The notes under the pieces: model-generated
Database searches by the model: none
The model's input: the letters and a program-made list of their open reading frames with translations, nothing else
What the model was told of the DNA's origin: nothing
In this document: piece after piece, positions 8,037 to 14,457 of the stretch
Numbering within the stretch: position 1 is the stretch's first letter
Layout: each line of letters begins with the position of its first letter
IMG/VR virus record: IMGVR_UViG_2537562191_000039
Span: 1-14,457 of that record
DNA length: 14,457 bases
From: a virus
Taxonomy: Duplodnaviria; Heunggongvirae; Uroviricota; Caudoviricetes
Strand: one strand, 5' to 3'
Translations under genes and position numbers: made by a program

Positions 8037-8321
8037 ATGAGCGCAATAGCCACCAGCGACACCCTTTGTTCTGGTCACGGAGGATTTCCGCCGCGACTGG
8101 TAGCTGAAACCGTTCCCTGGTTCACCGTTAACGGTAAGCCAGTTGTTGTAGATGGTGCCATGTTTCCCAGTCACACTGACGGTAACAGTGCACACCCAGG
8201 GGCAGCTGTATCGACGCGAGTATGGTTTTCGATAGGTGGAAAGGGAGTTGTCTGTGTAGGCGATCCGCTTTCTTGTGGTTCTGTTATCGCCAACGGCGAG
8301 GATATTTTTCAGGTTGCATAA
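8037..8321 (+). CDS. PAAR-domain protein (spike-tip type, as in phage gp5.4 or T6SS PAAR)
   Basis: 94 aa with three PAAR-like segments and conserved metal ligands: DTLCSGHGGFPP, VNGKPVVVDGAM...HTDGNSAHPG, IGGKGVVCVGDPLSCGSVIANG. Strong RBS AGGAGG at 8025-8030, 6 nt before ATG 8037. Confidence 0.7.
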   Translation: MSAIATSDTLCSGHGGFPPRLVAETVPWFTVNGKPVVVDGAMFPSHTDGNSAHPGAAVSTRVWFSIGGKGVVCVGDPLSCGSVIANGEDIFQVA

Positions 8322-9124
8322 TGCTTGATTCAATAGGTGAAGTTAAAGCCTTCAAAATTCTGTCAGATGCCGGTATCTCTACACCAGAATCTATAACCAT
8401 AAGCCGGGCAGCTTCTGTAAAAGCCTCATCACTCGCCAGCGCCATACAGGGAATAGTTCACGCCGATAAAACCTATCCTGATTCTGTTTCGGCCTGGACT
8501 ACTCAATTGCTTGGCTTTTCTGAACAGCTCAATGAGGCCAGCAAAGCGTCTTCATTACTGGCTGATTCTCTTTCCCCATACACCAAGCCATCAGAGCTGT
8601 TACAGATGAAGATTGGCTGGGAATGCTACGCAAAAGGTAACGAGCTGACCCCCATACCTGCTTTCGCCCTTGTTGAGGGAATGGGGAATGTTTCCATTCC
8701 GCAATCTCTAACGGACGCATTGACGGCGCTAAAACTTGATGCTCTGAAAACCGCCATGAACGCCATTAACGCAAAAATTGAAGCTGCCGGAAGTGCTGGT
8801 GGTGATAGCAATGGTGGGCAGGGTGGTACTGGGGGCGCTCAGGCTCCAGTCATTACTCAGGATGAAATTGATGCTTTACGGGAAGCAGTGACAGCCGCCG
8901 AAGTTTTACTCTCCGAAATTAACTCAGCAAGTGAGAGTGTCGTAGCCCTTGCAGGTCGCATTAAAACGTCAACCACTCAGGCAACCAAAGGTTTAGAGAA
9001 CGCTGTCGCCATCACGTTAACTGGTTCTCTACTGGATGATGCAGTAATGAGTCCGGCAATCAGTTTAATCATACCACAAGGCGTTATCGACGCGCTCCAA
9101 ACGAACACCAAAAAGGAACCATAG
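8321..9124 (+). CDS. Hypothetical protein, Ala/Ser/Leu-rich with a central Gly-rich linker; function unknown
   Basis: ATG at 8321 overlaps the PAAR stop (TAATG). 267 aa from MLDSIGEVKAF. Internal low-complexity linker AGSAGGDSNGGQGGTGGAQAP. No transmembrane segment or catalytic motif recognised. The ORF-track N-terminal extension from 8222 overlaps the PAAR gene and is rejected. Confidence 0.55.
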   Translation: MLDSIGEVKAFKILSDAGISTPESITISRAASVKASSLASAIQGIVHADKTYPDSVSAWTTQLLGFSEQLNEASKASSLLADSLSPYTKPSELLQMKIGWECYAKGNELTPIPAFALVEGMGNVSIPQSLTDALTALKLDALKTAMNAINAKIEAAGSAGGDSNGGQGGTGGAQAPVITQDEIDALREAVTAAEVLLSEINSASESVVALAGRIKTSTTQATKGLENAVAITLTGSLLDDAVMSPAISLIIPQGVIDALQTNTKKEP

Positions 9125-9163
9125 CAACACCACTTAGGAACACAAAAGGATATAAATTGGTAC

Positions 9164-9655
9164 ATGTTTAACACCAAAAAAATGAACCTGAAGAGGATGG
9201 TTTTGAAAAAGATAATTTTGATTGTAATTGCGCTTTTAGCCATTTCTGGAATTTACCGAACAACGACGGCAGTTATCGAACACATCAGGTATGTCCGATC
9301 GCTTGAAGACTCAAAATCACAACTGGAAAGCACGAACAACACGCTTTCTACCGCATTACAGTTAAGTGAGAACGCTCGCTCAGCCATGCTGACCGAAAAC
9401 GAAAGAATTAAAGCACTGGAAAAGGAGTACCAGCGCAAAACAGCAGAACTGAATGCCAACCTAATCAAACAACGAGAGGAAAGCCAGAATGAAATCACTC
9501 GCCTTGAAAATGCGTTACGCCGTGCTGGGATTAACGATGTGCGTGTGCCTGATGACGTTATCAGGATGCAGCGGGAACGGGCAAAAGCCATCAACCAGCG
9601 TGCCAGTGAAAATTACCGTAGAAGCCACCAGCAAGCCGCAGGCAAATCTGATTGA
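9164..9655 (+). CDS. Putative i-spanin (Rz-like inner-membrane spanin subunit)
   Basis: 163 aa. N-terminal basic region then a hydrophobic segment IILIVIALLAISGIY (type II membrane anchor), followed by a charged, heptad-rich periplasmic region. The o-spanin gene is embedded in its 3' part in another frame. Confidence 0.6.
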   Translation: MFNTKKMNLKRMVLKKIILIVIALLAISGIYRTTTAVIEHIRYVRSLEDSKSQLESTNNTLSTALQLSENARSAMLTENERIKALEKEYQRKTAELNANLIKQREESQNEITRLENALRRAGINDVRVPDDVIRMQRERAKAINQRASENYRRSHQQAAGKSD

Positions 9656-9821
9656 TTACTCCCCTTGTTTAGTGCCAGAGGACACGCCAGTGCTGTTAAA
9701 CAAGTATCCGACATACGCTGAACAGTTATTCAGCACGATCGACGAATGCAACCAACGAAACGCACTGAATAACCAAAGAAACAGGGAGATTTGGGAAGGG
9801 AAGGGGGATCAAGGCTCCTGA
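9489..9821 (+). CDS. Putative o-spanin (Rz1-like outer-membrane lipoprotein)
   Basis: Signal peptide with lipobox (MKSLALKMRYAVLGLTMCVCLMTLSG|C) and a Pro/Cys-containing mature region. Starts inside the i-spanin gene in a different frame and extends 166 nt past its stop. GAGGA lies 8 nt upstream of ATG 9489; ATG 9510 is an alternative start. Confidence 0.6.
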   Translation: MKSLALKMRYAVLGLTMCVCLMTLSGCSGNGQKPSTSVPVKITVEATSKPQANLIDYSPCLVPEDTPVLLNKYPTYAEQLFSTIDECNQRNALNNQRNREIWEGKGDQGS

Positions 9822-10267
9822 AGCCAGATGTCCTGGCTGTCAGCTTCTTCGAAACCGTGACAGACGTTAAAGTCACTCAAGCGATACTGACGCTGACGGC
9901 CTCTATTTCGCTCATGCCAATGCATGTATCCACCAGCAAATGCCAGCGGACAATCACTATAGTCTATGTAACCAATACCATTCCCCAAACGTGCTTCGCG
10001 CGCACCGGCTTTCCAGGACAGTAGAAAAGAGTCACGATCCGCCAGCATAACAACAAAATCGTCCGGATCTCCGATACAGTGAAGAATACCTGCCTTACAT
10101 AACTGCTTGAGCGCTTTTGACTGGCTCAGGATGTCTTCTCCGTAATACTGAAAACAATCATCAACAACAGCGGGATAGCCTGCCGGGGGATTCAGGCTGG
10201 TTGGTATAGCTGACGCGATCGCCAGCATTAAGCGATATTGTGTTTTTGATGGGTTAACGTGACTCAT
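9809..10267 (-). CDS. Hypothetical protein (152 aa), second gene of a two-gene minus-strand operon
   Basis: ORF-track 152 aa beginning MSHVNPSKTQYRLMLAIASAIP. AAGGGA sits 5 nt upstream of the ATG. No recognisable domain. Its 3' end overlaps the convergent o-spanin gene by 13 nt. Confidence 0.55.
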   Translation of the reverse strand: MSHVNPSKTQYRLMLAIASAIPTSLNPPAGYPAVVDDCFQYYGEDILSQSKALKQLCKAGILHCIGDPDDFVVMLADRDSFLLSWKAGAREARLGNGIGYIDYSDCPLAFAGGYMHWHERNRGRQRQYRLSDFNVCHGFEEADSQDIWLQEP

Positions 10268-10283
10268 TTTGTCCCTTGTTTAC

Positions 10284-10676
10284 TCATTGTCGCCATGCAT
10301 TTTTTAACTCAGGAATATCTGCCATTTCAATTAACTTGCGAAGTCCAGCACTGACTTTCCCATTGCCAACCATAGCAAGCCAATCTCTTACAGCTTTCGG
10401 CATGTAGAGCGTTGCAGTTACCGGCTCTTCAACCCTGGCAGGACATCCGCATACAGGCCATTTAATTGATTCCATAACTTCGGATGCCGGGGTGAGGGCG
10501 GGGACATTGAGTATATCTCTACCAGAAAACTGGATAACGATCCGTTCAGCGAGCGAGAGTATCTCACTTTCGGCAAGAATTGATGCCAACTGCGCCTCAA
10601 CAAGAAAGCGACTTGTTGTGTTCAGAGAGTGGCTCTTAGCGCCATTTTTATACGAAACAAAGATTCGATACGCCAT
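10284..10676 (-). CDS. Hypothetical protein (130 aa) with C-terminal ribbon-helix-helix-like DNA-binding region
   Basis: C-terminus TATLYMPKAVRDWLAMVGNGKVSAGLRKLIEMA fits a strand-helix-loop-helix RHH pattern (Arc/MetJ-like). The N-terminal ~80 aa are unrecognised. First gene of the operon, 16 nt upstream of the 152-aa gene. Confidence 0.55.
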   Translation of the reverse strand: MAYRIFVSYKNGAKSHSLNTTSRFLVEAQLASILAESEILSLAERIVIQFSGRDILNVPALTPASEVMESIKWPVCGCPARVEEPVTATLYMPKAVRDWLAMVGNGKVSAGLRKLIEMADIPELKNAWRQ

Positions 10677-10834
10677 AACTCTAATGATTTGTGTTAGAAA
10701 ACTAAAATTAAATCACATAACAACATGCGTGTTAATAGATTTTATTTTACTAAACCTATTGACTAAATCACAAAGTAGGTATTGTTAGCCCGTCAAAAGA
10801 ACCTTCACGCCGCGCCCGAATTTAGGGCTTAACC

Positions 10835-12532
10835 GTGAATAAAAACATTCAGCCAGCTCGTGATCGCGAGCGCGAGATTATGAATCGGGCGGCAAGCGTC
10901 ATGGCTATGACCGTCGATCCGACCACCGATGCAGCAGGCAACATGATTGCTGACCAGGCAGTAATGATGGAAAACCTGGATAAAGCAATCCAGAAAGTGC
11001 CTATGTTTGAAGGCGTAAATCCAGAGGTCGCTCGTCAGATCACTGGTGGGTGGGCTATGTCTCTGCATGAGTATAAACGTCAACATGGTCATTACCCGGC
11101 AAGTGACATCCTGGCGAACGCACACATGGCTCTTGAACGCCTGATGACTGAATGTGCCAGTGATACCCATGAAGGCACGGGTAAGGCAATGTTTGAGTCT
11201 GTCGCGCAATCAATGCGTAGCTCTGACGGCGTAATGAAAGTTGCTCAATATGCTGCTCTAATTCTGCCTGCCTCTCTGGGCGCTGCTACCAGTGATGCCT
11301 GTACTTTTGTTCCTTGTGATCGTGACGAGTCAAATATTTATGAACTGGTCAACGTAGCAGGCACAAAATTCGGCACCTTCAAACAAGGTGACGAACTGAA
11401 TATGCAGTCAGCTGGTGTTTATTCTCAAATGAAGCGCCTGTATACCCTTTCCACTAAAGGGGATGGCAGCACCAAAACCTTCCAGTTCGACATCCAAAAT
11501 TTTGAGGGACAATCCTGCCCGCTTCGCGCTGGTTATAACAAACTGCTGATCAACCGCAAACCGTCCAAAGTTGACGACGGCGATGGCAACCTTTATTTCA
11601 ATGCTAAAGACAGCAAAGGTAATGCTTTCTCAGCGACTGCCAAAGTTGCCTATGACACTGGTGTCATTGACATTACATTTACCCAGGCTCCGCCAGAAGG
11701 TACTGAAATTGCTGTTCAGGTCGAAATTAACATCGAGCGCAATCCAAGCCTGATTCCTGTGATCAACCAGGCTATGCGTAAGTACGAAGTTCGTCCGTCC
11801 CAGTACGTAATTGCTTCCGAACACACGGTAATGTCCGCATCCGATTTAAGCCGTGAGCACGGCCTTGAATTAGCGGCACTTCAGTTCTCCGCGATGCGTA
11901 ACTGGATCTCCCATGAAACTGACATCATGCGTCTGCGCACCCTGGTATTCCATACCGTTTATGGCCGTGAATTTGATGTGGCTCTGCCGGAAGCTCAAAA
12001 CTATGAGTCCTGGGTCGGCCTCCTGCGTCACGTAGTAAACGCTCTGTCTCAGGAAATGGCAAATCGTACCCTGACAACGGGTATTCGTGGCGGCTTTGCT
12101 GGTGGTGACGCCGCGAACTTCCTGCGCTCTCTGCCTCCACAGCACTTCCAGATCGCACCAGGTTACGTTCAGTCGCCGTATGTACAGTACATCGGCACCC
12201 TGTTTGGCACGATTCGTATTTACGAAGTGCCGCAACCTGTCTGTGAGCAATTCCAGGCACAGGGATATGACTTCGGGCTGGATGACATCTTCTTCTATGG
12301 GCGTGGCGAAGGCATCGGTAAAGCCGGTCTGATTGCTGGTGATGCAGTCCCTGCAATCCCTTACGTGCACGAAACCAATCCGTCTCTCGTTAACCGTACC
12401 ACTCTCTGGGGCAGTGCCATCAACGAAGTACATCCTCGCAACGGTGAAAACTACTTCACTCGCCTGCGTCTGACTCGTGCCAAAGAAGGCGCTATCGACA
12501 TGCTGACAGGCAAGGTTAACGAAAAAAAGTGA
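10835..12532 (+). CDS. Putative major capsid protein (large phage head protein); exact family not established
   Basis: 565-aa ORF with GTG start (an in-frame ATG at 10880 is an alternative). It is followed by an Ig-like decoration-type gene and ends in an A_AAA_AAG slippery heptamer. The C-terminal region loosely recalls T4 gp23-type capsid proteins, but this is from memory only. The gene is certainly real; the product call is tentative. Confidence 0.5.
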   Translation: MNKNIQPARDREREIMNRAASVMAMTVDPTTDAAGNMIADQAVMMENLDKAIQKVPMFEGVNPEVARQITGGWAMSLHEYKRQHGHYPASDILANAHMALERLMTECASDTHEGTGKAMFESVAQSMRSSDGVMKVAQYAALILPASLGAATSDACTFVPCDRDESNIYELVNVAGTKFGTFKQGDELNMQSAGVYSQMKRLYTLSTKGDGSTKTFQFDIQNFEGQSCPLRAGYNKLLINRKPSKVDDGDGNLYFNAKDSKGNAFSATAKVAYDTGVIDITFTQAPPEGTEIAVQVEINIERNPSLIPVINQAMRKYEVRPSQYVIASEHTVMSASDLSREHGLELAALQFSAMRNWISHETDIMRLRTLVFHTVYGREFDVALPEAQNYESWVGLLRHVVNALSQEMANRTLTTGIRGGFAGGDAANFLRSLPPQHFQIAPGYVQSPYVQYIGTLFGTIRIYEVPQPVCEQFQAQGYDFGLDDIFFYGRGEGIGKAGLIAGDAVPAIPYVHETNPSLVNRTTLWGSAINEVHPRNGENYFTRLRLTRAKEGAIDMLTGKVNEKK

Positions 12533-12645
12533 TGGTGGCGAACGTGTCGGTATCACCAACGTCACTTGACGTAGATGAAGGTGAAACTATCGCCGCGAAC
12601 ACTTCAAAGGCACAGAAAAAAACAAAGCAGAAGTAAGGCAAAAAC

Positions 12646-12666
12646 ACGCCCCTGAATAAGGGGCGT
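12646..12666 (+). other. RNA hairpin between the capsid gene and the Ig-like gene (not a canonical terminator)
   Basis: Stem ACGCCCC (12646-12652) / GGGGCGT (12660-12666) with a 7-nt loop. No U-tract follows; it is followed directly by AGGAG (12669-12673) and ATG 12680. Confidence 0.35.
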
Positions 12667-12679
12667 TCAGGAGAAAAGA

Positions 12680-12958
12680 ATGGCAAACATTCAAGTAACT
12701 ATCTCGCCATCTGACGCAACAGACAAATCTTTCACTGTTGAGTCCGATCACCCTGAAATTGTCCAGGTTGATGGCACTACATGTACCGCTCTTAAGGCCG
12801 GGCAGGCAGTGCTGACAATCAAAACAAATGACGGCAATAAAACCGCACAGTGCACAGTCACTGTTAGGGAGGCACCTAAAAGCGTAAGCGCCGTCAGTGT
12901 TGAACCAACTACGAAAGAAGTAACCGTAGGCGACAACTTCACGGTAAGCGAATCCTGA
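12680..12958 (+). CDS. Ig-like (Big_2-type) domain protein, probable head decoration or accessory protein
   Basis: 92 aa. VTISPSDATDKSFTVESDHPEIVQVDGTTCTALKAGQAVLTIKTNDGNKTAQCTVTV fits the bacterial Ig-like group 2 pattern. RBS AGGAG is 6 nt upstream. The C-terminal VSAVSVEPTTKEVTVGDNFTV looks like the start of a second, truncated Ig-like domain. Confidence 0.65.
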   Translation: MANIQVTISPSDATDKSFTVESDHPEIVQVDGTTCTALKAGQAVLTIKTNDGNKTAQCTVTVREAPKSVSAVSVEPTTKEVTVGDNFTVSES

Positions 12959-12962
12959 TCAG

Positions 12963-12989
12963 AGGCTGCCCATTAACCGTGGGTAGCCT
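12963..12989 (+). other. RNA hairpin downstream of the Ig-like gene; possible weak terminator or attenuator
   Basis: 10-bp stem AGGCTGCCCA (12963-12972) / TGGGTAGCCT (12980-12989) with one G-U pair and a 7-nt loop, followed by a pyrimidine-rich rather than clean U tract. Confidence 0.3.
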
Positions 12990-13025
12990 TGCCTCGTTCT
13001 CTCGCTTTAGAGGATAAGAACCAGC

Positions 13026-14457
13026 ATGAATAAGATTAGTTTTTCGGTAGGGCAGGCAGCTGGCGTTGCTGTAATGTCAGTCAATGCTGACGCTACCCTC
13101 ACCAATACCAGCGGTGGCGCTTCCGTCTTTGCTGGGCTTGTAATATCGCGTCGTGGCGCACCGGGTAAGGTACTGAAAGTTGACGATACGACTTATCAAA
13201 GCGTATTAGGTTCACCGATTCACCCTCGCCTGGGCGCGGCATTTGAACCATACCGCCACGTGGAGCGTGCAGTAAAAGGCGGTTCTGGATATGTCGTTCG
13301 AGTTTGCGCTAAAGACATGAAGGTACCGGGTATTTCTGTTTCCGTTGTGGGCAGAGCAAAAGCGGCAAAGGCGAGTAAAGAACTTTCCGTTGAACCAACT
13401 GAAACCACAGTAAATCCAGGTGACACATTAAGCGTTGGTGTTGCTTCAACAGTAACGACTCAATCAGAGGTCTTCACACCAAAAGAGACGCCTCAGATAA
13501 AAGGTGATGAGAAAGCATTATTCTTCATCAAAGATGGTGATGCATCTCAAAATCGCACGTTATCACTAACCCGCGATAATGAAGAAAGCGAACTCTTTAC
13601 GCTGACGCTGAAAGAAAAACAAACTGATGGGTCCATTGAGGTACTGGAAAGCCACCAGGTGTCCTTCAATCCAGAAGGCACTAACGACATGGGCCAACCT
13701 GCATGGATTCCGACACTGCTTGAAAGCCAGTCCACTCGCATTGGTGCCGTGCTGGCAGATGATGCAGAAGCATCTGCTGCTCAACTCATTTTTGAGGATG
13801 TAGCTTTTGAAGGTGGTACTGATGGCGATCTGTCCACAATTAACACTGAAGACTATCTGGAAGCATTAAAGGTTCTCGAAGCTTCAGAGGTTAATTACAC
13901 CGCATTGCTGTCACTGGGTTGTTATGACGCATCCGCCTTAGCCGCAATCAAAAAGCTGGCTGAAGATGTTCGCGTAGACATGTTCTATGACCTGAAGGGC
14001 AACCAGACACCTGAAAACGCTATTTCAGAAGCGAAAAGCCATAGTTTTGGCGGCTCACATCAACCAAGCCGTTACTACTTCCCGCTTTCCTGCCGAGATA
14101 CCTTCACTGGGATGAATGTCGTCTATGGCATTAGTTGCGACGCATTCGTAGCGAAAGCAAAAGGAGTTGCGCTGGTACCGGATGTTGGTGGTTGGCATTA
14201 CGCACCCGCAGGTATATCACGCGCGATTATTGATCGACAGAACATTGCCCGAATTCCAAATATCGGTGCAGTTGATCGTGAAGCGTTCGTTCTTGCGCGC
14301 ATTAATCCAGTTTCAGTTGCTGCTGACGGGTCCGTTTACATTGACGACTCTTTAACAACTTACAGCAAAAACAATTATCTGCGATTCCAGCATGTGTCTT
14401 CCTTGATGAACGCCATCGCCAGAAATTTCTATGACGTAGCTCAGGCGATTAAGCACG
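13026..14457 (+). CDS. Large phage structural protein with an internal Ig-like segment (possibly tail sheath or another major virion protein); 3' end off-window
   Basis: ATG 13026 is preceded by AGAGGA. Frame 0 is open to the window end (at least 477 codons), which is why it is absent from the ORF track. Internal Ig-like stretch KELSVEPTETTVNPGDTLSVGVAS (nt ~13381-13449). The N-terminal VFAGLVISRRGAPGKVLKVDDTTYQSVLG loosely resembles sheath-protein N-termini. Product call is low confidence. Confidence 0.55.
   Translation, partial: MNKISFSVGQAAGVAVMSVNADATLTNTSGGASVFAGLVISRRGAPGKVLKVDDTTYQSVLGSPIHPRLGAAFEPYRHVERAVKGGSGYVVRVCAKDMKVPGISVSVVGRAKAAKASKELSVEPTETTVNPGDTLSVGVASTVTTQSEVFTPKETPQIKGDEKALFFIKDGDASQNRTLSLTRDNEESELFTLTLKEKQTDGSIEVLESHQVSFNPEGTNDMGQPAWIPTLLESQSTRIGAVLADDAEASAAQLIFEDVAFEGGTDGDLSTINTEDYLEALKVLEASEVNYTALLSLGCYDASALAAIKKLAEDVRVDMFYDLKGNQTPENAISEAKSHSFGGSHQPSRYYFPLSCRDTFTGMNVVYGISCDAFVAKAKGVALVPDVGGWHYAPAGISRAIIDRQNIARIPNIGAVDREAFVLARINPVSVAADGSVYIDDSLTTYSKNNYLRFQHVSSLMNAIARNFYDVAQAIKH

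Noticed and set aside
8222-8320. N-terminal extension of the 267-aa ORF as listed in the ORF track (start 8222)
   Set aside because: It overlaps the PAAR gene in another frame and gives an implausible Cys/Arg-rich leader. The ATG at 8321 overlapping the PAAR stop is the better start.
9253-9594. 113-aa minus-strand ORF
   Set aside because: Antisense to the spanin pair, Ser/Arg-rich low-complexity translation, no start context.
11870-12565. 231-aa and 143-aa minus-strand ORFs, and the plus-strand ORF at 12087-12332
   Set aside because: Antisense or out-of-frame within the long capsid ORF, with no motifs or translation signals.
12532-12636. Small ORF (35 codons) read as an independent gene
   Set aside because: It has no RBS of its own and its ATG overlaps the capsid stop. 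It is better explained as the -1 frameshift extension or a remnant (see the slippery-site finding).
1-14457. CRISPR array, rRNA or tRNA genes
   Set aside because: No regular repeat-spacer periodicity and no rRNA-like or complete tRNA cloverleaf segments were seen by eye. tRNA absence is not rigorous without a scanner.

Overview
The window reads as a mosaic mobile-element region from an Enterobacteriaceae host, most consistent with a phage-plasmid (P1-like lifestyle), though that assignment is inference. All calls come from reading the sequence and the six-frame ORF track by eye; no searches or alignments were run.

Left to right:
(1) nt 1-170: the 3' end of an insertion sequence (transposase C-terminus).
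(2) nt 182-3274: a 1030-aa fused DNA methyltransferase. It is a C5-cytosine MTase domain lacking motifs I-III (apparently cut by the IS), joined to a complete Dam-like N6-adenine MTase domain. A 341-aa LAGLIDADG intein sits exactly on the catalytic Cys of the C5 PCQ motif.
(3) nt 3323-4984 (minus strand): a near-E. coli glnS (glutaminyl-tRNA synthetase) with non-chromosomal neighbours on both sides.
(4) nt 5253-7770 (minus strand): two adjacent partition cassettes, a small ParA ATPase with an RHH partner, and ParM/ParR with TTGAGAAT iterons upstream.
(5) nt 8037-9124: a PAAR-domain protein translationally coupled to an unknown 267-aa protein.
(6) nt 9164-9821: an overlapped i-spanin/o-spanin pair.
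(7) nt 9809-10676 (minus strand): an unknown two-gene operon, one product with a C-terminal RHH-like fold.
(8) nt 10835 to the window end: virion genes, namely a 565-aa putative major capsid protein, a 92-aa Ig-like protein, and a large structural protein running off the window.

The most unusual signals are the intein in the MTase active-site motif, the glnS copy in a mobile-element context, the A_AAA_AAG slippery site at the capsid 3' end with a split Ig-like domain, and the uncharacterised RHH-containing operon.
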